From positions 1 to 57,180 of the IMG/VR virus record IMGVR_UViG_3300030107_003246: a stretch of 57,180 bases of DNA. One strand, given 5' to 3'. Of this stretch, positions 28,314 through 39,042 are shown in pieces. The stretch comes from a virus (Duplodnaviria; Caudoviricetes). The notes below the pieces were generated by a model, which worked only from the letters and a program-made list of their open reading frames with translations, had not been told where the DNA came from and ran no database searches. The position numbers were made by a program, and so were the translations under genes. Position 1 is the first letter of the stretch. Each line of letters begins with the position of its first letter.

Positions 28314-31300
28314 ATGGGCGTAAAAGTAACAGGACAATTTGAACCCGCAGGTGATTTTTCTATAGTAGATGGCGCAGATGTATCTGGAGCTATCACTGGT
28401 AGTCACTTTAGTGGTTCAGCTGCTTCAACAGGCTCATTCGGGCGTTTATTTGTTTCTTCATCTATGGAGCTTGGTGGTGGAATATTCACATCTGCTTCGA
28501 TAGCATCAGGTGGTGCTACTGGTGGAACTGGTGGTACTGGAACTGGTGGAACTGGTGGTACAGGTCAAACAGGCGGAACAGGTGGTACTGGTCAAACAGG
28601 CGCTACAGGTGGCACTGGTGGTACTGGCGGAACTGGTCACACAGGTGGTACTGGTGGTACTGGGCAAACAGGTGGTACTGGCGGAACTGGACAAACAGGT
28701 GGTACTGGTGGTACAGGAGAAACTGGAGCAACTGGTGGCACAGGCGGAACTGGTGGAACTGGTACTGGTGGTACGGGCGGAACTGGTCAAACTGGCGGAA
28801 CTGGTGGCACAGGTGAAACTGGCGGAACTGGTGGAACTGGTCACACAGGAGGAACTGGTGGTGTAGGTGCTACTGGCGGAACTGGTGGTACTGGTGGCAC
28901 AGGTGAAACAGGCGCTACAGGCGGAACTGGCGGAACTGGTGGAACAGGTACTGGTGGTACTGGCGGAACAGGTCAAACTGGCGGAACTGGTGGTACAGGT
29001 GAAACTGGCGGAACAGGAGGAACTGGAGCAACTGGTGGAACAGGTGGAACTGGTACTGGTGGTACTGGTGGAGATGGTGCTACGGGCGGAACTGGTGGTA
29101 CTGGTGGTGCTGGTACTGGTGGTACTGGTGGAACTGGGCAAACAGGTGGTACTGGTGGCACAGGTCAAACTGGTGGTACTGGTGGCACAGGTCACACAGG
29201 TGGAACAGGCGGAACTGGAACTGGTGGTACTGGTGGAACAGGCGCTACAGGTGGCACAGGTGGAACTGGTGGACAAGGTACTGGTGGTACTGGTGGAACT
29301 GGACATACAGGTGGAACAGGTGGAGATGGAGCAACAGGCGGAACTGGCGGAACTGGTGGCACAGGAGAAACTGGTGCAACTGGTGGAACTGGCGGAACTG
29401 GTGGAACAGGCACTGGTGGAACTGGTGGTACTGGACATACAGGTGGAACAGGTGGTACTGGACAAACAGGCGGAACTGGCGGAGATGGTGCTACGGGCGG
29501 AACTGGCGGAACTGGTGGAACAGGCACTGGTGGTACTGGTGGCACAGGTCAAACTGGTGGAACAGGCGGAACTGGTCAAACTGGCGGAACTGGCGGAACT
29601 GGGCATACTGGTGGTACTGGTGGAACGGGCACTGGTGGAACAGGTGGTACTGGAGCAACTGGTGGCACAGGTGGAACTGGTGGACAAGGAACTGGTGGTA
29701 CTGGTGGTACTGGTCACACAGGTGGAACTGGTGGAACTGGAACTGGTGGAACAGGTGGAGATGGTGCTACAGGTGGTACTGGTGGAACTGGACAAACTGG
29801 AGCAACAGGTGGAACTGGTGGTACTGGTGGACAAGGAACAGGCGGAACAGGTGGAACTGGACATACTGGTGGTACTGGTGGCACAGGTGGAACTGGAGAA
29901 ACGGGCGCTACTGGTGGTACTGGTGGAACTGGTGGAACAGGCACTGGTGGAACTGGCGGAACTGGGCAGACAGGTGGAACTGGTGGTACAGGTCAAACTG
30001 GCGGAACAGGTGGAACTGGAGAAACAGGCGGAACTGGTGGCACAGGTCACACAGGTGGAACAGGTGGAGATGGAGCAACAGGCGGAACTGGTGGAACAGG
30101 TGGAACTGGAACTGGTGGAACTGGTGGTACAGGCGCTGCGTCTACCGCTACTGGGGGTACTGGAGGAACTGGTGAAACAGGTGCAACGGGAGGCACAGGT
30201 GGAACTGGTGGAACAGGTACTGGCGGTACTGGTGGAACAGGCGCTACAGGTGGAACTGGCGGAACTGGTGGACAAGGAACTGGTGGAACTGGTGGTACTG
30301 GTCACACAGGAGGAACTGGCGGAACTGGACAGACAGGCGGAACTGGTGGAACAGGCGCTACAGGTGGTACTGGTGGAACTGGTACTGGTGGAACAGGTGG
30401 AGATGGAGCAACTGGTGGCACTGGTGGTACAGGTGGAACTGGGGAAACAGGCGCTACAGGTGGAACTGGTGGAACAGGCGGAACAGGCACTGGTGGAACT
30501 GGTGGTCAAGGTGCAACTGGTGGTACTGGTGGTACAGGTCACACAGGCGGAACTGGTGGAACTGGAGCAGCTAGCACAGCAACTGGTGGTACTGGTGGAA
30601 CTGGAGAAACAGGTGCCACAGGCGGTACTGGTGGTACTGGCGGAACTGGTACTGGTGGTACTGGTGGTGTAGGTGCTACTGGCGGAACTGGTGGCACAGG
30701 TCACACAGGCGGAACAGGCGGAACTGGACATACTGGTGGTACAGGTGGAACTGGAACTGGTGGAACAGGAGGAACTGGAGCAGCTAGCACAGCAACTGGT
30801 GGTACTGGTGGTACTGGTCAAACAGGCGCTACTGGTGGTACAGGTGGAACAGGCGGAACTGGCACTGGTGGAACTGGTGGTACTGGTGAAACAGGTGGAA
30901 CTGGTGGCACAGGTCAAACTGGTGGAACTGGTGGAACTGGAGCGACTGGTGGAACTGGCGGAACTGGAACTGGTGGAACAGGTGGAGATGGAGCAACTGG
31001 TGGAACTGGGGGAACTGGTGGTACAGGTGAAACTGGAGCAACTGGTGGTACTGGTGGTACTGGTGGAACAGGCACTGGTGGTACTGGTGGTGTAGGTGCT
31101 ACAGGAGGAACTGGCGGAACTGGACATACAGGTGGAACTGGTGGAACTGGAGCAGCTAGTACAGCAACAGGAGGAACTGGTGGTACTGGACAGACAGGCG
31201 CTACAGGTGGAACTGGTGGTACTGGTGGAACTGGTACTGGTGGTACTGGTGGTGTAGGAGCAACTGGCGGAACTGGTGGAACTGGGCATACTGGTGGCAC

Positions 31301-34300
31301 TGGTGGAACAGGTCATACTGGTGGAACAGGTGGAACTGGAACTGGTGGTACAGGCGGAACTGGCGCTGCGTCTACAGCAACTGGCGGAACTGGTGGTACT
31401 GGAGAAACAGGTGGAACAGGCGGAACTGGTCAAACTGGCGGAACTGGTGGTACTGGACAAACAGGTGCTACAGGCGGAACTGGTGGAACAGGTGGAACTG
31501 GTACTGGTGGTACTGGTGGAGATGGTGCTACTGGCGGAACTGGCGGCACAGGTCAAACTGGCGGTACTGGTGGCACTGGACATACAGGCGGAACTGGCGG
31601 AACTGGTACTGGTGGTACTGGTGGTGTAGGAGCAACTGGCGGAACTGGTGGCACAGGTGGAACTGGAGAAACAGGCGCTACTGGCGGTACTGGTGGTACT
31701 GGTGGAACTGGCACAGGTGGAACTGGTGGAACTGGAGCAGCTAGCACAGCAACTGGTGGTACTGGTGGAACTGGACAAACTGGAGCAACTGGTGGAACAG
31801 GAGGAACTGGACAAACAGGTGGTACTGGTGGTACTGGACATACTGGCGGAACTGGTGGAACTGGTACTGGTGGAACTGGTGGTGTAGGTGCTACTGGTGG
31901 AACAGGCGGAACTGGCGGCACAGGAGAAACTGGAGCAACTGGTGGTACAGGTGGAACAGGCGGAACTGGCACTGGTGGTACTGGTGGTCAAGGTGCTACG
32001 GGCGGAACTGGTGGTACAGGTCACACAGGTGGAACTGGCGGTCAAGGAGCAACTGGTGGAACTGGTGGAACTGGTACAGGAGGAACTGGTGGTGTAGGTG
32101 CTACTGGTGGAACTGGCGGAACAGGTGGAACTGGAGAAACAGGCGCAACTGGCGGAACTGGTGGTACTGGTGGAACAGGAACTGGCGGAACTGGTGGTCA
32201 AGGTGCTACGGGCGGAACTGGTGGTACTGGACATACAGGTGGAACAGGTGGAACTGGAGCAGCTAGTACAGCAACTGGTGGAACAGGTGGAACTGGACAG
32301 ACAGGCGCAACTGGCGGAACTGGTGGTACTGGTGGAACAGGCACTGGTGGTACTGGTGGTACAGGTCACACAGGTGGTACTGGTGGAACTGGAGCGCAAG
32401 GAGCGCAAGGTGCAACTGGTGGTACTGGTGGAACAGGCGGAACTGGTACTGGTGGTACTGGTGGTGTAGGTGCTACAGGTGGTACTGGTGGAACTGGCGG
32501 TACAGGTGAAACTGGAGCAACTGGCGGAACTGGTGGTACTGGTGGAACTGGTACTGGTGGAACAGGTGGTCAAGGTGCTACAGGTGGTACTGGTGGAACT
32601 GGAGCAACTGGTGGAACAGGTGGAACTGGAGCAACTGGTGGAACAGGTGGAACTGGAACTGGTGGAACAGGTGGTACTGGAGCAGCTAGTACAGCGACTG
32701 GTGGTACTGGTGGAACTGGTCAAACTGGCGGAACAGGCGGAACTGGAGCGCAAGGAGCGCAAGGTGCAACTGGAGGAACTGGTGGTACTGGACATACAGG
32801 TGGAACAGGCGGAACTGGTACTGGTGGTACAGGCGGAACTGGAGCGCAAGGAGCGCAAGGTGCAACTGGTGGAACAGGTGGTACTGGACAAACTGGAGCA
32901 ACAGGTGGAACTGGTGGAACAGGTACTGGTGGAACTGGCGGAACTGGGGCGCAAGGAGCGCAAGGTGCAACTGGTGGAACTGGTGGCACAGGTCAAACTG
33001 GAGCAACTGGCGGAACTGGTGGAACTGGAACTGGTGGAACAGGTGGTCAAGGTGCGACTGGTGGAACTGGTGGTCAAGGTGCTACAGGCGGAACTGGTGG
33101 TACTGGAGCGCAGGGAGCGCAAGGTGCGACTGGTGGTACTGGTGGCACAGGTCAAACTGGAGCAACTGGTGGTACTGGTGGTACTGGTACTGGTGGTACA
33201 GGCGGAACTGGAGCGCAGGGAGCGCAAGGTGTAACTGGTGGTACAGGCGGAACTGGAGCGCAGGGAGCGCAAGGTGCAACTGGTGGAACAGGTGGTACTG
33301 GTCAAACAGGTGCTACGGGCGGAACTGGTGGAACAGGTACTGGTGGAACTGGTGGTACTGGAGCGCAAGGAGCGCAAGGTGTAACTGGCGGAACAGGTGG
33401 TACTGGAGCGCAGGGAGCGCAAGGTGTAACTGGCGGAACAGGTGGAACTGGAGAAACAGGTGGAACAGGCGGAACTGGAGCAGCTAGTACAGCAACTGGT
33501 GGAACAGGCGGAACTGGAGCAACTGGTGGTACTGGTGGAACTGGTACAGGAGGAACTGGTGGTACTGGAGCAGCTAGCACAGCAACTGGTGGAACAGGTG
33601 GTACTGGACAAACTGGAGCAACTGGTGGAACAGGTGGAACTGGTCAAACTGGCGGAACTGGTGGTACTGGAGCAGCTAGTACAGCAACTGGTGGAACAGG
33701 CGGAACTGGAGCGCAAGGTGCAACTGGTGGAACTGGTGGAACAGGTACTGGTGGAACAGGTGGAACTGGAGCAGCTAGCACAGCAACAGGCGGAACTGGT
33801 GGAACTGGTGGTACAGGTGCTGCGTCTACAGCAACTGGTGGAACTGGTGGTACTGGTGGTACTGGAGCAGCTAGTACAGCGACAGGCGGAACTGGTGGCA
33901 CTGGACAAACAGGTGCTACGGGCGGAACTGGTGGAACTGGTACTGGTGGAACTGGTGGTACTGGAGCAGCTAGTACAGAAACAGGTGGAACTGGTGGTAC
34001 TGGTGGAACTGGAGCAGCTAGTACAGAAACAGGTGGTACTGGTGGTACTGGTGGCACAGGCGGAACTGGTGGAACTGGAACTGGTGGAACTGGCGGTCAA
34101 GGAGCAGCTGGTTCAGATGGTGATGATGGAGCGCAAGGTGATCAAGGTGCTCAAGGTGCTCAAGGTGCTCAGGGTGCTCAAGGTGCTCAAGGTCCTCAAG
34201 GTAATCAAGGTCCTCAAGGTGGTACTGGTGGAACAGGCGCTACAGGTGGTACTGGAGCTACTGGAGCAACTGGTGGTACTGGTGGTACTGGTGGAACTGG

Positions 34301-34844
34301 AGCAGCTAGTACAGCGACTGGTGGAACAGGTGGAACTGGAGCAGCTAGCACAGCAACAGGTGGAACTGGTGGAACTGGTGGAACAGGTGGTGCTGGTACA
34401 TCCGATGGTGGTACTTTTGACTTAGGTGCTACTCAATGTGATGGATTATATGTAGGTAATGGTGCAACCAATTCATCAGCGGCTACAGATACTGTTAGAT
34501 GTGAGGGTGATGTTATTGCTTTCTACTCATCAGATGTAACCTTAAAAGAAAATATTATTCAAATTGAAGATCCTTTAGAAAAGCTGAAAAAGATAGGTGG
34601 TTATACTTATGATTGGAAGGATAGTTATATTGAATCACAAGGTGGTTTAGATGATAAATTTATGAGAAAAAGTGATGTTGGTGTTTTGGCTCACGAAATA
34701 AAAGAAATTATGCCAGAGGTTGTTGGTGAAAATAAAAGAACAGGAATATTGGGTGTTAAATATGAAAAAATAGTTCCGTTGTTAATTGAGTCTATCAAAA
34801 AATTAACAGAAGAATTAGAGGAGTTAAAAAATGGCAGTTCCTAG
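28314..34844 (+). CDS. Giant Gly-Gly-Thr repeat (collagen/polyglycine-like) fibre with C-terminal S74-type chaperone
   Basis: 2176 aa; G-X-T triplets; C-terminal [50 protein letters not shown]. Confidence 0.85.
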   Translation: MGVKVTGQFEPAGDFSIVDGADVSGAITGSHFSGSAASTGSFGRLFVSSSMELGGGIFTSASIASGGATGGTGGTGTGGTGGTGQTGGTGGTGQTGATGGTGGTGGTGHTGGTGGTGQTGGTGGTGQTGGTGGTGETGATGGTGGTGGTGTGGTGGTGQTGGTGGTGETGGTGGTGHTGGTGGVGATGGTGGTGGTGETGATGGTGGTGGTGTGGTGGTGQTGGTGGTGETGGTGGTGATGGTGGTGTGGTGGDGATGGTGGTGGAGTGGTGGTGQTGGTGGTGQTGGTGGTGHTGGTGGTGTGGTGGTGATGGTGGTGGQGTGGTGGTGHTGGTGGDGATGGTGGTGGTGETGATGGTGGTGGTGTGGTGGTGHTGGTGGTGQTGGTGGDGATGGTGGTGGTGTGGTGGTGQTGGTGGTGQTGGTGGTGHTGGTGGTGTGGTGGTGATGGTGGTGGQGTGGTGGTGHTGGTGGTGTGGTGGDGATGGTGGTGQTGATGGTGGTGGQGTGGTGGTGHTGGTGGTGGTGETGATGGTGGTGGTGTGGTGGTGQTGGTGGTGQTGGTGGTGETGGTGGTGHTGGTGGDGATGGTGGTGGTGTGGTGGTGAASTATGGTGGTGETGATGGTGGTGGTGTGGTGGTGATGGTGGTGGQGTGGTGGTGHTGGTGGTGQTGGTGGTGATGGTGGTGTGGTGGDGATGGTGGTGGTGETGATGGTGGTGGTGTGGTGGQGATGGTGGTGHTGGTGGTGAASTATGGTGGTGETGATGGTGGTGGTGTGGTGGVGATGGTGGTGHTGGTGGTGHTGGTGGTGTGGTGGTGAASTATGGTGGTGQTGATGGTGGTGGTGTGGTGGTGETGGTGGTGQTGGTGGTGATGGTGGTGTGGTGGDGATGGTGGTGGTGETGATGGTGGTGGTGTGGTGGVGATGGTGGTGHTGGTGGTGAASTATGGTGGTGQTGATGGTGGTGGTGTGGTGGVGATGGTGGTGHTGGTGGTGHTGGTGGTGTGGTGGTGAASTATGGTGGTGETGGTGGTGQTGGTGGTGQTGATGGTGGTGGTGTGGTGGDGATGGTGGTGQTGGTGGTGHTGGTGGTGTGGTGGVGATGGTGGTGGTGETGATGGTGGTGGTGTGGTGGTGAASTATGGTGGTGQTGATGGTGGTGQTGGTGGTGHTGGTGGTGTGGTGGVGATGGTGGTGGTGETGATGGTGGTGGTGTGGTGGQGATGGTGGTGHTGGTGGQGATGGTGGTGTGGTGGVGATGGTGGTGGTGETGATGGTGGTGGTGTGGTGGQGATGGTGGTGHTGGTGGTGAASTATGGTGGTGQTGATGGTGGTGGTGTGGTGGTGHTGGTGGTGAQGAQGATGGTGGTGGTGTGGTGGVGATGGTGGTGGTGETGATGGTGGTGGTGTGGTGGQGATGGTGGTGATGGTGGTGATGGTGGTGTGGTGGTGAASTATGGTGGTGQTGGTGGTGAQGAQGATGGTGGTGHTGGTGGTGTGGTGGTGAQGAQGATGGTGGTGQTGATGGTGGTGTGGTGGTGAQGAQGATGGTGGTGQTGATGGTGGTGTGGTGGQGATGGTGGQGATGGTGGTGAQGAQGATGGTGGTGQTGATGGTGGTGTGGTGGTGAQGAQGVTGGTGGTGAQGAQGATGGTGGTGQTGATGGTGGTGTGGTGGTGAQGAQGVTGGTGGTGAQGAQGVTGGTGGTGETGGTGGTGAASTATGGTGGTGATGGTGGTGTGGTGGTGAASTATGGTGGTGQTGATGGTGGTGQTGGTGGTGAASTATGGTGGTGAQGATGGTGGTGTGGTGGTGAASTATGGTGGTGGTGAASTATGGTGGTGGTGAASTATGGTGGTGQTGATGGTGGTGTGGTGGTGAASTETGGTGGTGGTGAASTETGGTGGTGGTGGTGGTGTGGTGGQGAAGSDGDDGAQGDQGAQGAQGAQGAQGAQGPQGNQGPQGGTGGTGATGGTGATGATGGTGGTGGTGAASTATGGTGGTGAASTATGGTGGTGGTGGAGTSDGGTFDLGATQCDGLYVGNGATNSSAATDTVRCEGDVIAFYSSDVTLKENIIQIEDPLEKLKKIGGYTYDWKDSYIESQGGLDDKFMRKSDVGVLAHEIKEIMPEVVGENKRTGILGVKYEKIVPLLIESIKKLTEELEELKNGSS
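28509..34394 (+). repeat. About 5.9-kb coding tandem repeat, basic unit GGN-GGN-ACW, with higher-order blocks
   Basis: Degenerate 9-mers ggtggaact/ggtggtact/ggcggaact/ggtggaaca with variant triplets [21 protein letters not shown] and interruptions GT and AASTAT. Confidence 0.97.
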
Positions 34845-35880
34845 CACAGGCACTCTTAGTATGGTGGGAATCTTTTCAGAAAAAAATGAAGATGATTATA
34901 GTGCATTTAATGAAGATGGTGAATCTAATATAAGTTTACTTGGTTTATCTAGAGATGGTACTGATGATAGCAGTGGCGGAGATTTAACTATAAATACAGC
35001 TGGTGGTCAAGGGGGAGATGGAGTGGCGCCATACGCTATGAGTGAGTTTTATGGTTACGATCACGATTTAAGTATATCATATGCAGCTTTTATTCTTGAT
35101 GATTGGAATGAGGGAACAATAAATGCTGGTAATGATGTCAATATGGATACAAGAGCAACATTCAATACAACCGATTTTGAAGATGGTGACCTATATGTAG
35201 ACCACGGAACTAATCAAACTACAAACACTCAAACTGATAGACCTTTATGGACAACATATGGTACACCATCAATAGTTTCAGATGAAATGAGATTTACTAA
35301 TACTGATGAGACATATGGTATGTTTTGTAAGACAACAGACCAAAATAATCCTGGTATTAATAATGTACCTACAACTCAATGTGTTGCGTGGAGATTTAGA
35401 TTTTTTATGAATACTACTAATAATAAAGATTCGAATTTGCACATAAATATGAATACCACCAGTCATACTAATCCAGCAGTAACTACAAATTCTTATCAAT
35501 TTAGAATTAGGGATAATTCAGACCCTGCTACTGGAAGAATAGATTTTTATAAAAGAATTTCTACAACATCAAATACTTTATTGGCTAGTAGTACTTCAGG
35601 TGCTTACACTTTGGGAACAACTCAAGATTTTATTTTATCTTGGCATAGAGCTGGTACTGGTCGTTCAGCTACATATACTTGGAAGGTTGGTATGGCACCA
35701 ACCACAACACCTAGTGCTAATATAATAAAACATAATAATGAACTTACTGTAAATGATGGCACATATTTTATTGCTAGAGGAATTTCAATGAGAGCAGCTA
35801 AAGCTATGAGTGTGCCAACATCAACTCATTATCACTCTTATGATATGCTTTCTTGTGTACAGATGGATGACCCATCATAA
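34831..35880 (+). CDS. Putative fibre-tip adhesin / receptor-binding protein
   Basis: [11 protein letters not shown]...[12 protein letters not shown]-terminal attachment-type motif, then a lectin-like beta domain; overlaps the end of the S74 fibre gene. Confidence 0.55.
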   Translation: MAVPSTGTLSMVGIFSEKNEDDYSAFNEDGESNISLLGLSRDGTDDSSGGDLTINTAGGQGGDGVAPYAMSEFYGYDHDLSISYAAFILDDWNEGTINAGNDVNMDTRATFNTTDFEDGDLYVDHGTNQTTNTQTDRPLWTTYGTPSIVSDEMRFTNTDETYGMFCKTTDQNNPGINNVPTTQCVAWRFRFFMNTTNNKDSNLHINMNTTSHTNPAVTTNSYQFRIRDNSDPATGRIDFYKRISTTSNTLLASSTSGAYTLGTTQDFILSWHRAGTGRSATYTWKVGMAPTTTPSANIIKHNNELTVNDGTYFIARGISMRAAKAMSVPTSTHYHSYDMLSCVQMDDPS

Positions 35881-36218
35881 TGGCTACATATTTTTCAGGA
35901 AGTGATGGTAATATTTATGTAGAACCATATGATAATCAATTTACAGCTTCATTATACAAAACTCAATATATTCAAATTGTTGAAGATGCAGATGATGATG
36001 ATGGTGTATCTACTATGCCTGGTATATTATACGATACAAGTAATAATATGTATCAAGAATATAAGTGGAGTGCTGCTACTCTTATAGATGGTAGTGGCAG
36101 TTTTGATGAATCAAATTTACAAGGGTGTATATGGGTTTATAATTTAACTGATTCTCAAAAAAACACAATAGAAAATGATGCTCAATACATAGCTACTTAT
36201 GTCACATCAAGTTTATAA
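35880..36218 (+). CDS. Small acidic hypothetical protein, likely fibre-associated
   Basis: TAATG coupling to the upstream gene; carries FSGS, FTAS, GSGS and VTSS motifs. Confidence 0.5.
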   Translation: MATYFSGSDGNIYVEPYDNQFTASLYKTQYIQIVEDADDDDGVSTMPGILYDTSNNMYQEYKWSAATLIDGSGSFDESNLQGCIWVYNLTDSQKNTIENDAQYIATYVTSSL

Positions 36219-36246
36219 AAATAATTGTTTTTTATATTTTTAGTTT

Positions 36247-36255
36247 ATACTTATA
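36247..36255 (+). promoter_or_regulatory. Late promoter variant ATACTTATA heading the modification operon
   Basis: One mismatch to consensus; ATG at 36259 is at the same +12 offset as 25514; no SD. Confidence 0.5.
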
Positions 36256-36258
36256 TAT

Positions 36259-37011
36259 ATGGGTTATAGTAATAGAGTAGAAAAAATAAAATACGATTTT
36301 GTATCACCATTCGGACCTAGCATAATGGTAGGAACTATTCCTGACAGCATATACGATGAGTTTAGTGAAATAATTCACAGAGTTATTGAAGAAAAACAAA
36401 GAAGTCACACAAAACAATTGTCAGGTAGATTAGATGAAGAATGGACTGTAGAGAGACAAGAATTATTTGAAACTAGAACTGAAGAGTTTATGACCTCTAT
36501 AGTTAATAAATATTGTACAGATTTATTGGAAAGACTTTATTCAGTTAAACATTTGTCTGAAGAAAATGACCGAAGTATTAAAGAACAAACAAATATTCCT
36601 ATAGAGGTTTTGAATACAGGTGGTTGGGTAAATAATATGGGAAGTTATGAATATAATCCAGTTCACTACCATCCGTTTTGTAATATAACGACTGTATTTT
36701 ATTTTAATAGTATTGATGGTGATTTTATAGACGAAATTATAGCACCTACAAATACGGAGAGAAATCATAATGCTCCACCATCAGAACCAGGAAATACAGA
36801 TGATGGTATGCTTGAAATAATTTACAACTCTTCACACTATTTTGAGTTGGGTACTATGAGGATAAAGCCAAAAGAAAAACAATTTTTAATTTTTCCAGCA
36901 CATTTATTACATCAGGTATATCCATTTATATCTAATAAAAAAAGAATTAGCGCTTCATTTAACTTTACAGTAAATGCTGATTCGCAAATTATAAATTATG
37001 GGGCGAGGTAA
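36259..37011 (+). CDS. 2OG-Fe(II) oxygenase (TIGR02466-like)
   Basis: GWVN...YNPVHYH, FPAHLLHQVYP, RISASFN. Confidence 0.85.
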   Translation: MGYSNRVEKIKYDFVSPFGPSIMVGTIPDSIYDEFSEIIHRVIEEKQRSHTKQLSGRLDEEWTVERQELFETRTEEFMTSIVNKYCTDLLERLYSVKHLSEENDRSIKEQTNIPIEVLNTGGWVNNMGSYEYNPVHYHPFCNITTVFYFNSIDGDFIDEIIAPTNTERNHNAPPSEPGNTDDGMLEIIYNSSHYFELGTMRIKPKEKQFLIFPAHLLHQVYPFISNKKRISASFNFTVNADSQIINYGAR

Positions 37012-38489
37012 TGAACGATTCTTTATATAAAAATGGTTATGTTGTATTAGAAAACTTCTTTACACAAAGACAAATAGATTTTTTTATGAATCAAGTAGTT
37101 GAGGCAAAATTAAATAATGATTTGACTTTAGGAAAAGATGCTGATGAAAATACTGATTTACATCCTATGAGTTGGAATGTAAATTCACATCCTGTTTGGC
37201 AAAATACTTTATATAGCGTCTTACCTCAAGTTTCTAAAGTAACCGATGAGATATTAATTCCTACATATTCTTACCAAAGAACATACATAAAAGGTGCTGA
37301 AATGTCACATCATACAGATTGGCCTTGGTGTCAAATATCAATTACTGTAAATATTGGACAATCACATCCTTATCCATTATATATAACAGACTTTCAAACT
37401 AAAAAATATGTGAAGATAAATCAAAAACCAGGTGATGCTTTATTGTATATGGGATATAATACATCTCATCATAGAAAGAAATTTGAGGGAGATTTTTATT
37501 CTCAATTATTTCTACATTATATAATAGATAATAATGAGATGCAACAATATAAAAGATTTGATGAAGAAATTTTTAATTTTGAATTGAAAGAAAATATGGA
37601 AAAGGTTTTCTATACTGATGGTGTTAAGAAAATTAAAAATGAAAAATTTTCATATAATATGAAAGAGGAAGATAAAAATAAAATTGTTCCATATCAAGCA
37701 AAAATGATGAGAAGTACTAATAGAAATCCTAGAATAGATATAAATGATTTTGGTACTGATATTAGTCTAAGAGGTGGGCAATATAAAACTAAACAACTTT
37801 ATCATTTTATGGATAGTATACATCAGACTAAAAATTCTTTAGAACCTAAATTTTGTAATGACCTTATAGATTTATATGAGGATTATGCTGAAAGAGGTGA
37901 TGTGTTTCACGGAATGACTCATAGAGGACTTGACAACGATTACAAAAACACAGGTGAAATGAATTTAATGGATGTGCCAGAGGGTAAAGACTTTACAAAA
38001 ACATTACAGAGTGTATCAGATCATTGTATAATGATGTATATTAGAAAGTTTGGACTAATGGAACACTACGACCCATTTGAAATAACTGCTGGTGGTGCTT
38101 ACTATCCAATGTGGGAAGTACATAAATACGAAAAAGGTATAGGACATTATGAAGCTTGGCATACTGAGGGTGCTAATCTTTATGAATATGGAAATAGAAT
38201 TTTTGTTAGTATGTTTTATTTAAATGATGTAGAAGAGGGTGGTAGAACTGTATTTCCTTTTACAGGTAATGGTATAAAATGTGAAGAAGGAAAACATTTA
38301 GCTTTTCCTTGTTACTGGCCTTATGTACATTATGCACAAACACCATTATCTTCTGATAAATACATAATCACTACTTGGCTTCAGAGTGTATGGCCAGAAG
38401 AATATCAAGAAAATTTTGTAAGAACTGAGGGGCACGATAAAGACAAAGACATTAGAAAGACAAAATTTATTTGGGATAAGGGTGGATAA
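37011..38489 (+). CDS. Tandem two-domain 2OG-Fe(II) oxygenase
   Basis: Domain 1: PTYSYQRTY...HHTD...HHRKKF...QLFLHY. Domain 2: WHTE...MFYLNDVEEGGRT...YVHYA...KYIITTW. Confidence 0.85.
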   Translation: MNDSLYKNGYVVLENFFTQRQIDFFMNQVVEAKLNNDLTLGKDADENTDLHPMSWNVNSHPVWQNTLYSVLPQVSKVTDEILIPTYSYQRTYIKGAEMSHHTDWPWCQISITVNIGQSHPYPLYITDFQTKKYVKINQKPGDALLYMGYNTSHHRKKFEGDFYSQLFLHYIIDNNEMQQYKRFDEEIFNFELKENMEKVFYTDGVKKIKNEKFSYNMKEEDKNKIVPYQAKMMRSTNRNPRIDINDFGTDISLRGGQYKTKQLYHFMDSIHQTKNSLEPKFCNDLIDLYEDYAERGDVFHGMTHRGLDNDYKNTGEMNLMDVPEGKDFTKTLQSVSDHCIMMYIRKFGLMEHYDPFEITAGGAYYPMWEVHKYEKGIGHYEAWHTEGANLYEYGNRIFVSMFYLNDVEEGGRTVFPFTGNGIKCEEGKHLAFPCYWPYVHYAQTPLSSDKYIITTWLQSVWPEEYQENFVRTEGHDKDKDIRKTKFIWDKGG

Positions 38490-39042
38490 AAAATATAAAT
38501 TTACTGATGAATCTATATTAAAAGATAAAAGGATAGTAATGCACTCGTGGGAAACACCTGTGATGAAACAGATGGTTAGGTGGGTATGTGCTAATGGTGG
38601 TAATATTTTAGAAGTTGGTTTTGGTATGGGTATAGCATCTGATTTTATACAACAATATAATATAAGTTCTCATACTATCTGTGAAAACAATCCTGATGTT
38701 ATTGAGAGATTAAAAATTTGGGCTAAAGATAAACAAAATGTAAAAATTGTAGAGGGTGATTGGCATCGACACAGAGATAATTTTAAAAAATATGATGGTA
38801 TATTGTTTGATACATTTGACGATATGTATATAGAAAAATTTAAAAAGGAAACAGTTTACAAATTGTCAAAAGAAAAGACTAATTTTTGTATATGGGATAA
38901 TATGGAGAGTGAAACAGCGCCATATGAAAAATATCAAACGATGAAAATTAAAGTAAATAAATCATTTGAAGATAGTTGGAACTACCATCCAACAGATATT
39001 GTTTATGTACATAAAATTACTATAAATGGAGAAAGTAATTGA
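38482..39042 (+). CDS. Class I SAM-dependent methyltransferase, GAMT/Rmt2-like
   Basis: VMHSWETPVM, ILEVGFGMGI, HTICE, EGDW, YDGILFDTF; GTG start. Confidence 0.85.
   Translation: MDKKYKFTDESILKDKRIVMHSWETPVMKQMVRWVCANGGNILEVGFGMGIASDFIQQYNISSHTICENNPDVIERLKIWAKDKQNVKIVEGDWHRHRDNFKKYDGILFDTFDDMYIEKFKKETVYKLSKEKTNFCIWDNMESETAPYEKYQTMKIKVNKSFEDSWNYHPTDIVYVHKITINGESN

Noticed and set aside
28506-34100. 1864-aa antisense Ser/Thr/Cys ORF, plus the PPV-rich and VLVELV-rich ORFs in other frames
   Set aside because: By-products of GGN/ACN codon repetition, which rarely produces stops in other frames; no SD, no unique domain.
28509-34394. Repeat array as CRISPR, satellite or DGR template
   Set aside because: No constant repeat with unique spacers, variation sits at synonymous positions of one reading frame, and no reverse transcriptase or cas gene is in the window.
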